A DNA stretch of 64,000 nt. Origin: Candidatus Hodarchaeota archaeon (GTDB taxonomy: Archaea; Asgardarchaeota; Lokiarchaeia; Sigyniarchaeales; SOKP01). The translations under genes were made by a program, and so were the position numbers. The stretch's first letter is position 1. Each line of letters begins with the position of its first letter. The notes below the pieces were generated by a model. The model worked only from the letters and a program-made list of their open reading frames with translations. It was not told where the DNA came from and made no database searches. The stretch lies in assembly GCA_048887225.1 (NCBI GenBank), contig JBHLJY010000009.1, positions 1 through 64,000 on the forward strand, given 5' to 3'. Positions 9,550 through 19,969 of the stretch are shown in pieces.

Positions 9550-10479
9550 TTACAATTTTTTTCCACAGAAAATACAAAAATTATCCTCCTTCTCTCTTTT
9601 ATTACCGCAGTATGTACAGTACTTTTTAACATATTCTTTCTTTAAAATTGAAGTTTCAATAGGTTTTTGTACTGGTTCAGATATAATTACTTCATCATGG
9701 GGTATTTGTGGAAGTTCTCTCTCAGAACGAGCGCGTTTTTGATGTATATAAATTAAAACTACGATAGCTGCGACTATTACTGCAATTATCGCTGTTATTA
9801 CAACTATTAATAAAATTATTACAAAATAATTCTCAGAAGTTTTAACGCTTCTTAACTCTATTTCATATATTAGCATTCTTTCATAATATAATTCTAATCT
9901 ATCGAGAATTCCATCATCATTAAATCTGATTGTTATCCAATAAGGGAATCCAATAGCGGATCCATTCAATACTAAAGTAGTACATGTGGCATAAGCAGCT
10001 ATTTGAAATATCTGAGGTATATTTTCATTCAATTCTTTTAGATAATCTTTAGTATCAGTTAATATGAAAAGAATTGAGGTTTCAAATTCCTCTCCGTATA
10101 ACCAAGCTTCAATTAAATCTTCAGGATCTTTAGATATGGTTTGGCTATATATCCCCTTATTATCAGAATCGTCTAAATCTTTTCCCTCGAAAAATGTAAA
10201 ATAAACAATGTAATAGTCATCATATTCGGTTATAGATCGAATTTCAAATTTAATTTTATCTTCCTCTTCTATATCTAAATACTCGAAATCGTAATCATCA
10301 ACTATGGCATAAAACTGTTCAAGATAATATTCTTTAGCGGTCTCACATCTCCAAACTATAACTGTGTTTTCATCAAAACCAACATCATAATCATCATCTG
10401 CAAAGATTATAGGTAATATCGCAAAATTAAGCGTTATGATTAAAAACAGATGTAATAAAATAGTCTTCTTATTTCTCAT
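9550..10479 (-). CDS. Membrane-anchored protein: signal/TM, acidic ectodomain, TM, C-terminal zinc ribbon
   Basis: Hydrophobic N-terminus, D/E/Y-rich domain, long Ile/Val TM, CTYCG-x9-CIFCG. Confidence 0.75.
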   Translation of the reverse strand: MRNKKTILLHLFLIITLNFAILPIIFADDDYDVGFDENTVIVWRCETAKEYYLEQFYAIVDDYDFEYLDIEEEDKIKFEIRSITEYDDYYIVYFTFFEGKDLDDSDNKGIYSQTISKDPEDLIEAWLYGEEFETSILFILTDTKDYLKELNENIPQIFQIAAYATCTTLVLNGSAIGFPYWITIRFNDDGILDRLELYYERMLIYEIELRSVKTSENYFVIILLIVVITAIIAVIVAAIVVLIYIHQKRARSERELPQIPHDEVIISEPVQKPIETSILKKEYVKKYCTYCGNKREKEDNFCIFCGKKL

Positions 10480-10603
10480 CAGTGTTTCAATATAACTTAA
10501 TTATGCTAATAATTAAACTTTTCTTCATTTTTTACAAGATTTCTATGAATTTATTCATTCAAAAAATCAATAATTTATATATGAACTTTATATTTTTTTC
10601 ATT

Positions 10604-11383
10604 ATGAAAGTTGTTTTTCATGAGAAATATTATAATTCTGAGTATGCGTGGGATCCCGCTGCCTCGCCAGGACGATTAGATGGCATTATGAAAATAATAT
10701 TAGATAATAAAGATAAAGAACAATTTGAAATTATTACTCCAAAACCAGCGACAGAAGAAGAGATTTTAAGAGCCCATGGAAAAAGGCATTATCAGTACAT
10801 AAAAGATAGACCTTTATTATATGAATTAGCATCTTTAGCGGCAGGTGGCGCAATCTTAGCGGCCGAAGAGGCTTATAATGGTAATCCAACCTTCGCAGTT
10901 ATACGCCCTCCCGGTCACCATGCATCAGCAGATTCTTGTTGGGGATTTTGCTACTTCAATAATATGAGTATTAGCTTATTAAAACTATTTTCTGAAAAAA
11001 AAATTAGATCTGCTTTTATTTTAGATTTCGATTTGCATTTTGGAGATGGTAATGTAAATATATTAAAGAATAGAGATGATGGTTTTAAGGCTAAAATTCT
11101 TAATCCAGATTCCAGTAGTAGCGCTAATTATATAAAAGAAGTCAAAGAATATTTACAAAATTTAAAAGATATCGATATTTTTGCCGCCTCAGCAGGTTTC
11201 GACCAAGGAATTGAAGATTGGGGGCACATGCTTTATCCTGAAGACTATACCGAATTGGGGCGATTAATGAAGGAATATTCAGAGAAACTTTGTAAAGGTC
11301 GTCGATACGCTATCTTGGAGGGCGGTTACAATCACGATGTTATAGGGAAAAATGTTTACGCCTTTTGTAAAGGCTTTAAGTAA
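10604..11383 (+). CDS. Compact histone deacetylase-family (Zn) amidohydrolase
   Basis: RPPGHHA, GFCYFNN, DFDLHFGDG, SAGFD, LEGGY. Confidence 0.92.
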   Translation: MKVVFHEKYYNSEYAWDPAASPGRLDGIMKIILDNKDKEQFEIITPKPATEEEILRAHGKRHYQYIKDRPLLYELASLAAGGAILAAEEAYNGNPTFAVIRPPGHHASADSCWGFCYFNNMSISLLKLFSEKKIRSAFILDFDLHFGDGNVNILKNRDDGFKAKILNPDSSSSANYIKEVKEYLQNLKDIDIFAASAGFDQGIEDWGHMLYPEDYTELGRLMKEYSEKLCKGRRYAILEGGYNHDVIGKNVYAFCKGFK

Positions 11384-11399
11384 AAAGTGAATTCTGAAA

Positions 11400-12722
11400 T
11401 TATTTAACTTGAAAAAATGATTCATCATATTCAGGTTTACCCTTATATTTCTGCATTAACCATCCTGGAGCTTGATCTAATCCTTTAAAAAAACTTTTAG
11501 GTACTCGAATCCCCGCTTTTTGTAAAGCTTCTTGCACAATTTCTCTTGAGGGCGGACATCCATTGATTGGAATCAACTCCTTAATGTCTTGATGATTTCT
11601 ATTTAGGTTGCATTGGCATTGACCTAGAAGTATTGTTCTATTATTTCCTGGCGTTGGCTTCATGACTTTTCCTGTTAAGACTTCGATCTTATCATAAGGC
11701 TTACCTCTATAAGACATTTTAATGGCTGTCAAAATGAGTCCGTTCAATCCAGAGCAGTATGTGCACATAGTGGTGTCGTATTTATGATATTTTATTCCTT
11801 GTATCCCCGCATTCATAAAAGGGAGTGGTAGATCACCGACATCGTTATACTTAAAGTCCCATTCGTGATGAGACGCCAGATCTTCTATTTTTTCACCAAC
11901 AACTTCAACATCAGATAAATCTGTGGGTCTATTTCGATCTTTTGCTGCTTGAACTAAATGAGGTACTTTAGAAGGATTTATACCTAACAATTTTGATCCA
12001 ACTAAATCAGCAGATAATATATCTGTGGATGCAACCAATATATCTTTTTTATGGCTTTTTCCATCAATAGCAGGTCCTCGTTCAAGTGTATAAATCCCAT
12101 CTATTATTGTTAAGTTTGGAGGTATTTTATTTGCAAGTTGAGCAACATTATAGTTAAGATCTTTAACTAAATCAGCGCTATGAAATTTTTTTCGAGAAGC
12201 GATATTAATTAATCCCTTAAGATTTTTTATTCCTAGAGAAACGACAGCTTGAGCATGAGTTTTCAGAGTAGGAAGATCTATAAGAAAGTCTGCATTAAGA
12301 GCGTCAGAACTAAAATTAACATCAAACCCGGTATTTAAATCAATCTTCTCAAAAGATCTATCAAAGAGATTATAAACTTGTACACCATATTTCTCAATAA
12401 GTTTATTATATCCGAGTCGTTCCCAAGCGTCTAGAGCTGTTTCTTTATCTTTCGGATCTTCTGTAACAATACCTTCACCAATAGTTATATTTTCTATACC
12501 CTTTTCCTTAAGTAATGCTACGACATCTTCCACCACTCGTGATGTGGTTAGCACACCCCACTTTGGAATAGTACAATGTCTGTTCCAATAGACTATATTT
12601 GGTTTGATAAATACTTTGGTCTTGGATGATAAATTTTCAAGACCATTAGCAAGTTCAACAACCTTTTTGACAGATTTAAAGGGTTTTTCGTATTTAACAA
12701 TAGACACTACTGATTTACTCAT
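11400..12722 (-). CDS. DUF362-family protein with C-terminal Fe-S domain
   Basis: FIKPN, PTLKTH, SLGIKNLKG, IIDG..ERGP; C-terminal CTYC..GQC..GCPP. Confidence 0.85.
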   Translation of the reverse strand: MSKSVVSIVKYEKPFKSVKKVVELANGLENLSSKTKVFIKPNIVYWNRHCTIPKWGVLTTSRVVEDVVALLKEKGIENITIGEGIVTEDPKDKETALDAWERLGYNKLIEKYGVQVYNLFDRSFEKIDLNTGFDVNFSSDALNADFLIDLPTLKTHAQAVVSLGIKNLKGLINIASRKKFHSADLVKDLNYNVAQLANKIPPNLTIIDGIYTLERGPAIDGKSHKKDILVASTDILSADLVGSKLLGINPSKVPHLVQAAKDRNRPTDLSDVEVVGEKIEDLASHHEWDFKYNDVGDLPLPFMNAGIQGIKYHKYDTTMCTYCSGLNGLILTAIKMSYRGKPYDKIEVLTGKVMKPTPGNNRTILLGQCQCNLNRNHQDIKELIPINGCPPSREIVQEALQKAGIRVPKSFFKGLDQAPGWLMQKYKGKPEYDESFFQVK

Positions 12723-12890
12723 ATAACCACAGTTATTATTGATAACTTTTTCTTATATTGATATGAATACGAAATATTTTAAAAATTAATTTATTGAGGA
12801 AAATATTCCAAATAAAACATCTTTTTATTAAAAAAAGGTTAATTATTTTAAATTAAAAAATCCTATTACGAAAAGAATTAAAAGAGGAGC

Positions 12891-13946
12891 GTGATAAACA
12901 AGTTGAAATTCAGTTTTAGCATACCCGTACCAACCCCCAGATTTGAATTTATGATAAATGGTTCGAAAAAGGCCGAAGCATGTGGATTTCATTCCATTTT
13001 CTATGCTGATCATACAACAATGTTAAATTCACCTGGAACATGCTATGACGCTCTTTGTTTCTTAACAGCGCTCGCGATTGAAACAAACAAATTGAATTTA
13101 TGCACAGGAGTATCTGATTGTCATAGATTTCACCCTGCTCTCATGGCACATAAAGTTGCTACATTAGATATAATTTCTAAAGGAAGAGCAATGTTAGGGG
13201 TAGGCGCTGGAGAAGCGATGAATATTGATTTATATGGTCTTAATAGGGATAGATCTGTTTCAAAACTAAGAGAATATATAGAACTTATAAGAAGATTCTG
13301 GACCAAAAAAAGAATAAACACCAATAGCGATTTTTGGGGTATAATCAAAAATGCTTTTATTCAAATAAAGCCAATTCAAAAATTACCCCCTATTTATGTG
13401 GCGGCTAATAGCCCCAAAACTCGAAAATTAGCTGGTAAATTAGGTGATGGCTGGTATCCATTTATCGAGACTCCTTGGACTTATAAAGAGAATTGTAATG
13501 AAGTTGTAGATGCTGCTAAAGAAGTCGGGCGTGATCCTTCCGAGATTGATTATGTCTACGATTGCTTTATAGCTATTGATGATGAAGATCCTCAAAAAGC
13601 AATTGAAAGATGTGATTTCTTCAAAACAACGTATTTAGTAAATCCTACAAAAATTAATCAGGCATATCCCAATATTGGTTTGCCTGAAAATTTAACAATA
13701 CATAATATTCTATTGGATAGTGAGGGTGCTGCGGATTTATTGAAATGTATAGATCGGTTACCAAATACAATCCATGAAGATCATAATTGCTTAGGAACTA
13801 CAGATGATGTAATTGCGAGTATTGAAAAATTTAAAAATGCTGGAGCGACTCATTTGGCTCTAATGAATCGTGGTCCAGACGTAAATAAAGTGTACGAAAT
13901 TGTTAGAGATAAAATAATGCCTTATTTCAAAGAAATAGACAAATAA
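12891..13946 (+). CDS. LLM-class flavin/F420-dependent oxidoreductase
   Basis: AEACGFHSIFYADH, ATLDIISKGRAMLGVGAG, PPIYVAANSPK, GDGW. Confidence 0.9.
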   Translation: MINKLKFSFSIPVPTPRFEFMINGSKKAEACGFHSIFYADHTTMLNSPGTCYDALCFLTALAIETNKLNLCTGVSDCHRFHPALMAHKVATLDIISKGRAMLGVGAGEAMNIDLYGLNRDRSVSKLREYIELIRRFWTKKRINTNSDFWGIIKNAFIQIKPIQKLPPIYVAANSPKTRKLAGKLGDGWYPFIETPWTYKENCNEVVDAAKEVGRDPSEIDYVYDCFIAIDDEDPQKAIERCDFFKTTYLVNPTKINQAYPNIGLPENLTIHNILLDSEGAADLLKCIDRLPNTIHEDHNCLGTTDDVIASIEKFKNAGATHLALMNRGPDVNKVYEIVRDKIMPYFKEIDK

Positions 13947-13968
13947 AGATAAAATAAATAAATAGAAA

Positions 13969-16869
13969 TTAGAAGACTATTCCTCTTTTTCTTGCAATAA
14001 ATTTTGCAAGCTCAAAATTTAAAATACATATCAATGAAATCCCAAAACACACAATCCAGTCTAAAAGCGATAGATACATAAACATGAAGTTAATCCCATT
14101 CATTGCGAGCCAGACTTGAACTCCAGGTATGTACATTAGCGCTAAGAATAATCCGAATAATAAACCAATCAAATAAAGTATTCTATTGCTCCAATCTTCT
14201 TTAAGGCTTTTTCTTAACGATTTATTTGGTCTTCTGATTTGTAGAATTAAAAATGATTCACAGAAAAATAAAGTAACCATAAGCATAGTAAGAGCCTTAG
14301 CAATACGTAAATCTATACCAGGTGTCAATTCTTCTGTTGTCTCTGAGCTATAAAGATATCCCTCATTAAACGCACCAAAATGTGTATTGCTATAAGTTAT
14401 AGGATAAAGTCCAGAAATAACTGTAAAATATACTATAAGCATACATATAGCAAGTAATGCTCCAAAAACAAGCATTAGATATATTATATTCTTTGACAAA
14501 ATTTCCTCCGAATCGCGAGGTTTCTCATTCATTACATCGTTAGATATTGTATCGAAAGTGAGGAGCAAACCAGGAAATGTATGAAGCGTTATTGATAAAA
14601 AGATCCATTGCCAATAAAATTCTTCGTTTAAAAAGTATGGTAAATCAAAGATTACGGCCAAGATAAATTGAACAATTCCTTCAAATAAATTTATACAGAT
14701 ATAAAAGAAAACAACTGCTCGAATTTTAGCAAAGATTCCCCTTCCTTGATGGATTCCCTTGACAATCGAATTGAATGAATCGTCTGAAATTATCATGTCT
14801 GAAGCTTCTTTAGCAACATCCGTACCTTGTATGCCCATTGCCACTCCTGTATCTGCCATATTTAATGCAAGAGCATCGTTAACTCCATCGCCAGTCATCG
14901 CTACAACTCTTTTATTGCCTTGATATCTCTCTACGATTATTTGTTTATCCGCAGGTGCAACCCTAGCAAATACTTTTATATGACTAAAATCTTTATGATC
15001 AATATCTTTAATTTGGTATCCTTCAACAGTATAATCATTTTCATCCTGTACTATTGCTATTTGTGAAGCAATAGCTTTTGCAGTTATTGGAGAATCTCCT
15101 GTAATCATTACGACATCTACACCAGCATTTTGGCATTCCTCCACTGATTCCTTCACTCCTTCTCGTGGAGGGTCCAAAATCGTCACAAAACCAATATATA
15201 CTAAATCAGATTCACATAACTGCCTGTTCTCATCAATATCCATAGGAATTTCATCCATTTTTTTATAACATAAACTTAATATTCGGTAGCCCTTGTTCGC
15301 AAATTCATTTATTTTTAATTCTAATTTCTCTTTTAATTTTGGTGTAAATAATTCTTCTCGGTTATTAATAAGGATTCTTGAGCATAAATCAATCAAAATT
15401 TCGCTTGCCCCCTTAGTAAAAGCATAATACTCGGAATCTGTTCTGAAAACCTTAGTCATTCTTTTTATTGAGGAATCAAAAGGAAATTCTTTAATTTGTT
15501 CATAATCTTCAATAATGTAATCCCCCATACCTTTTTGAAATAACACCATTAAGGCTCCTTCTGTTGGAGAACCTATAACGCTCCATTTATTAATCATTTT
15601 ACCTGATGCTTTAACCTCGTTCTTAACAAGAGCAGAATTATTATTTAAAAAGCCAGAAATTAGCAATTGTTTTAATTCAGGAAAATCCTCAATGTGAGTT
15701 ACTATAACAAGATTCTTAGGATCGGTCATTAAAAAAATATCTCCATCTGGATCATATCCACGACCTGTTACCCTAAAGATCGAATCATTTACCCAAATAT
15801 ATTCAATGCTCATTTGATTTTTTGTTAAAGTTCCTGTTTTATCGCTACAAACTACGCTTACGCGCCCTAAACTATCAACTGATGCGAGATTTCGAACAAT
15901 TACACCATGGCGAGCCATAGCTAAAACACCAGTTAATAAGATAATGGTAACAAGGAGGGGAATATTTATAGGCATAATATCCATAGCGGAATTAAGGCTT
16001 TTGACTATCTCCAACTTTTTATAACCGCTTCCAATCCATATCAACATTAGAATTATGAACCAAAATACCATAACTAATAACCCTAACCATTTTCCAAAAT
16101 TATTCATTTTTTTTCTAATAGGAATTTCACTTGTTCCAGCTTCTTCTAAACCCCGTGAAATTTTTCCTATTTCCGTATTTCCACCTATGGCTGTTGTGAT
16201 TGCTGTTCCATTTCCAGTCGTAATATATGTTCCATAATAGATCATGTTTTTGCGGTCTCCTATCGGTATATTTGCTCTATCTAATGCATCACCTTCTTGA
16301 AATTTAATTACAGATTCGCTTTCACCAGTTAAAGCGGCCTCATTTACTTCTAAATTTGAAGATTGAATAATTCTTGCATCTGCCGGAATTTTATCTCCTT
16401 GGTTTAAAAATAATAAATCTCCAAGTACAATCTGTTTAGTGGGAATTTCTTTCGTCTCTCCTTCTCTAATTACTGTTGAGGTCGGAGCAGTGAGTTCTCG
16501 AAGAGCTTTCAGTTTTTTAGTTGCCCGGTACTGTTGGAATATAGCAATTAAACAATTAAAAAAAACTATACCTAATGTTAAAAAAATGAACGTCATATTG
16601 CCGCCTTCTCCAAAGAACCAAGCTAGAAATAGAATTAAAGCTCCTATGAGGTAAATAACAATCAACCAATTAAACAACGGCGCTAAATATATTTTGATGA
16701 ATCCTTTCGAAACCTTAGGAATTTCATTCGGACCATATAGTTGTAATCTTAATTCAGCTTCTTCTACGCTTAAACCGTTTTTTGGATCAGTTTTGAATTT
16801 TTTATAGATCTCCTCTAAATCTAAGGTATGAAAATTTTGTTCTATGAGGCTTTCATCCGTAACTGTCAT
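13969..16869 (-). CDS. P-type ATPase (P2A-like scaffold, atypical M4 PINI and M6 His)
   Basis: LTGES, CSDKTGTLT, KGASE, DPPR, MITGD, MTGDGVNDA; about 10 TMs. Confidence 0.95.
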   Translation of the reverse strand: MTVTDESLIEQNFHTLDLEEIYKKFKTDPKNGLSVEEAELRLQLYGPNEIPKVSKGFIKIYLAPLFNWLIVIYLIGALILFLAWFFGEGGNMTFIFLTLGIVFFNCLIAIFQQYRATKKLKALRELTAPTSTVIREGETKEIPTKQIVLGDLLFLNQGDKIPADARIIQSSNLEVNEAALTGESESVIKFQEGDALDRANIPIGDRKNMIYYGTYITTGNGTAITTAIGGNTEIGKISRGLEEAGTSEIPIRKKMNNFGKWLGLLVMVFWFIILMLIWIGSGYKKLEIVKSLNSAMDIMPINIPLLVTIILLTGVLAMARHGVIVRNLASVDSLGRVSVVCSDKTGTLTKNQMSIEYIWVNDSIFRVTGRGYDPDGDIFLMTDPKNLVIVTHIEDFPELKQLLISGFLNNNSALVKNEVKASGKMINKWSVIGSPTEGALMVLFQKGMGDYIIEDYEQIKEFPFDSSIKRMTKVFRTDSEYYAFTKGASEILIDLCSRILINNREELFTPKLKEKLELKINEFANKGYRILSLCYKKMDEIPMDIDENRQLCESDLVYIGFVTILDPPREGVKESVEECQNAGVDVVMITGDSPITAKAIASQIAIVQDENDYTVEGYQIKDIDHKDFSHIKVFARVAPADKQIIVERYQGNKRVVAMTGDGVNDALALNMADTGVAMGIQGTDVAKEASDMIISDDSFNSIVKGIHQGRGIFAKIRAVVFFYICINLFEGIVQFILAVIFDLPYFLNEEFYWQWIFLSITLHTFPGLLLTFDTISNDVMNEKPRDSEEILSKNIIYLMLVFGALLAICMLIVYFTVISGLYPITYSNTHFGAFNEGYLYSSETTEELTPGIDLRIAKALTMLMVTLFFCESFLILQIRRPNKSLRKSLKEDWSNRILYLIGLLFGLFLALMYIPGVQVWLAMNGINFMFMYLSLLDWIVCFGISLICILNFELAKFIARKRGIVF

Positions 16870-16976
16870 TACAAGACAAAATAATTATGTTAAAATTTTT
16901 GAAAAATATAATTTTTATAATAAGACAATAAGATTAATTGTTTTTAATTGTTCTTTTTCAATAAAATCTATTTATA

Positions 16977-19859
16977 TTAAAAAATTATTTCTCTTTTTCT
17001 GGCGTAATATTTAAATATTTCAATTCCAATTATTCCAGGAGTGGCAAATAAGATGCAGAGTAACCAATCTGTAGCGCTCAAAAATATAAAATTCAATTGA
17101 AAATTAAAGCGAATTGTATTATTTACAAAGTTATTAAACAGATAGGAGAAACATACAACTAAAATATGTAGAGATAATGTAATTATACAAATTATAAATA
17201 ATATTATACCAAAATCTTCTTCCTTGACACTCTTTATCGCTGACTGGTTAGGTCTTCTAAAAGTCCATATAAACATTGTTTCAACGATATATAGCGTAGT
17301 TATGAACATTGTCCTTGCTTTCATAGCCACTAGCTCATCATCTGAAGTGCCTTTTGGAATATAACTAAGTAAAAAATATTCGTTTGAATTCCATCCGTTT
17401 AATTGGATAACACCCCAAAGAGTAAATTGAATCGCCATAATTAATCCTATCCCCATTAAGAAAGCTTGCAATAATAACATTTTCCACATATTTTTGTTTA
17501 ATAATTCTTCTTCATCTCTTGGAGGTTCTTGCATAATATCTTTTGGATGCCTATCTATGACTAAAGCTAAAGATGGGAGGGAATGAACCACTCCAAAAAT
17601 ATAGATATGCTGCCATTCTGAACTGAATAACTCAAAAGTAGGTAAAAATTCATACCCAAAAAATATCACAGCTTCCATAATATTTAGACATATAAAAAAA
17701 TAAATTAAGGTTCTAATTTTAGAAAAGAGTCCTCTCCCTATTTTAACGCCTTGCTCGATTGAAGTGAAATTATCATCCGAGATTACCATGTCTGCCGTTT
17801 CTTTTGCTACATCCGTACCTGTTATACCCATAGCTACTCCTGCATTCGCCATTTTTAAGGCAAGAGAATCATTTATACCATCTCCCGTCATTGCTACAAC
17901 TCTATCTTGAGCTTGATATTTTTCAACAATTACTTCCTTATCGGCAGGAGCAACTCTTGCGAACACAGATACTTTATAAAACTCATCAGGGCTAATATTT
18001 TTAATTTCCCTCCCCTCAATTACTTTATCTCCTTCTTTGAAAATTCCCATTTCTGCAGCAATAGTTTTAGCTGTAGCAGGATGATCGCCTGTTATCATAA
18101 TAACTCTAATATCCGCAAATTGGCATTCATCAACAGCTTCTTTAACGCCTATTCGAGGTGGATCCATAATAGAGACAAAACCTAAGAATATTAGTTTCTT
18201 CTCAATTTTCTCTCTATTTGGCTTTTCAAATTCTTCTAATTTTCTATAACCAGTAGCCAATGTTCTAAATCCTTGATTAGCACGATCTTTTATTAGATTT
18301 GAAACTTCTCCTTTCAATTTGTCATTAAATGGCTCAATTTTGCCATTTATTTCAATTTCGGAGGATATCTTTAAAATTTTTTCGGGAGCTCCTTTCGTAA
18401 AAGAAAGGATTTCATATTTTTCTTCAAATACATTACATACTGTTGTCATTCTTTTTAATTCAGAGCTAAAAGAATATTCATGCATTATTTCATATTTATT
18501 TTTAATGTCTTGTGGGATATACCCTGCTTTTTCTGCTAGAACTAATAAAGCAGCCTCCGTTGGAGATCCTAATGCTCTTCTAACTGATTTTTCTCTTGTT
18601 TCTCCAACCTTAACTTTTACATCTTCAAATATAAGATTAGCGTTATTGTTTACTACAATAGATTTAATAAATATTTCAAAGGTAGGATTATTATTCAAAC
18701 TTATAGGATTCCTTTCTTTTAGGATCTCACCTTTAGCTTCGTATCCTGATCCAGTAACTTCAAACTCCTCATTACTGATCCAAAATTTTTCAACAGTCAT
18801 TTCATTTCTAGTGATGGTTCCCGTTTTATCTGAGCATATTACAGATACACGACCTAAGGATTCAATTGCAGATAAGTTTTTAATAATTACTCCATTTTGC
18901 GCCATATTTAGAACTCCTGTAACGAGAACGAGAGTTGTTAAAAGTGGTAAATTAATAGGCATGATGTTCATTGCTCTTAGGATTGAGCTTACTAAGGCCT
19001 CACTGATAAAGTCTCCATAAAATTGGTCACTTATGATTAAAATTGAGAATTTATATACGATGAGAATAATAAGGTTAATAATAACAACTGTTCCTAAGAT
19101 ATATCCTAATCTGTTTAATTTATGAGTTAAGGGGATATCCTCAATACTTCCCATCTCGTTTAGCTGGTTTGAAATTTTTCCTATTTCTGTGTTAATGCCT
19201 GTTCCTGTTATTAAAATTTTGGCTCTCCCAGTATAAACATACGTACCCATGAAAACCATATTGCTTTGATCTTGAATAGGAACATTTTGTTTTTCAATAA
19301 TCATGTTATTTTTTTCTTCTGGTTCACTTTCTCCCGTTAAAGGAGCTTCATCAACGGTTAGATTCATAGATTCTAGAATTCGTCCGTCTGCAGGAATTTT
19401 TGCCCCTTGATTTAAAATTACAATATCTCCAGGTACAAGATCTCTAGTGGGTATTTCTTGCCCAAACTTTTTTCCATCTCTTATTACAGTTGCTTTTAAC
19501 GCTGAGATTTGCCTTAGAGACTCTAATGCTTTTTGCGCTCTGAATTGTTGCACTATTGCGGTAAATGAGTTCATACCAACAACAGTAAAAGTGATTATTG
19601 TGCTTTCTGGACTTCCAAGAATGATAACAACGACTCCTGTGATTATCAAAATTACTATTAAGAAATTAAATATTGGAGCTAAATATACTCTCCATATAGA
19701 TTTTTTAATTTTTGGGAGTTCATTATATCCATATTCACTATAAAGACTTTCTAATTCTAAAGTTTGCAGTCCATTTTCGGAATCAGAATTAAATCTTGCT
19801 AATAATTCATCTATATGTTTATTATAATAATTTTGATTAGTAGTATTTGCTAGAGACAT
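16977..19859 (-). CDS. P-type ATPase paralog (atypical M4 PINL and M6 His)
   Basis: LTGES, CSDKTGTIT, KGAPE, DPPR, MITGDH, MTGDGINDS. Confidence 0.95.
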   Translation of the reverse strand: MSLANTTNQNYYNKHIDELLARFNSDSENGLQTLELESLYSEYGYNELPKIKKSIWRVYLAPIFNFLIVILIITGVVVIILGSPESTIITFTVVGMNSFTAIVQQFRAQKALESLRQISALKATVIRDGKKFGQEIPTRDLVPGDIVILNQGAKIPADGRILESMNLTVDEAPLTGESEPEEKNNMIIEKQNVPIQDQSNMVFMGTYVYTGRAKILITGTGINTEIGKISNQLNEMGSIEDIPLTHKLNRLGYILGTVVIINLIILIVYKFSILIISDQFYGDFISEALVSSILRAMNIMPINLPLLTTLVLVTGVLNMAQNGVIIKNLSAIESLGRVSVICSDKTGTITRNEMTVEKFWISNEEFEVTGSGYEAKGEILKERNPISLNNNPTFEIFIKSIVVNNNANLIFEDVKVKVGETREKSVRRALGSPTEAALLVLAEKAGYIPQDIKNKYEIMHEYSFSSELKRMTTVCNVFEEKYEILSFTKGAPEKILKISSEIEINGKIEPFNDKLKGEVSNLIKDRANQGFRTLATGYRKLEEFEKPNREKIEKKLIFLGFVSIMDPPRIGVKEAVDECQFADIRVIMITGDHPATAKTIAAEMGIFKEGDKVIEGREIKNISPDEFYKVSVFARVAPADKEVIVEKYQAQDRVVAMTGDGINDSLALKMANAGVAMGITGTDVAKETADMVISDDNFTSIEQGVKIGRGLFSKIRTLIYFFICLNIMEAVIFFGYEFLPTFELFSSEWQHIYIFGVVHSLPSLALVIDRHPKDIMQEPPRDEEELLNKNMWKMLLLQAFLMGIGLIMAIQFTLWGVIQLNGWNSNEYFLLSYIPKGTSDDELVAMKARTMFITTLYIVETMFIWTFRRPNQSAIKSVKEEDFGIILFIICIITLSLHILVVCFSYLFNNFVNNTIRFNFQLNFIFLSATDWLLCILFATPGIIGIEIFKYYARKREIIF

Positions 19860-19969
19860 AATGTTTTTTTAATATACTCAAAAAAACCTAATAATAATTA
19901 TTAAATGTATTAAATCTTAATAATGATTTATTTTCCAATTTAATCATTATATTTTATAAGAAATAAGAG

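Noticed and set aside
18319-19020. 233-aa plus-strand ORF and many other short antisense ORFs (e.g. 1339, 3614, 30255, 37468, 51255)
   Set aside because: Fully inside well-supported opposite-strand genes, with Ser/Phe/Ile-rich composition typical of antisense frames
13969-19859. Calling the ATPases bona fide P4 flippases or Ca2+ pumps
   Set aside because: The A-domain is TGES rather than DGET and no CDC50-like gene was recognised; the Ca2+ ligands E309, N796 and D800 are absent, so neither label is supported
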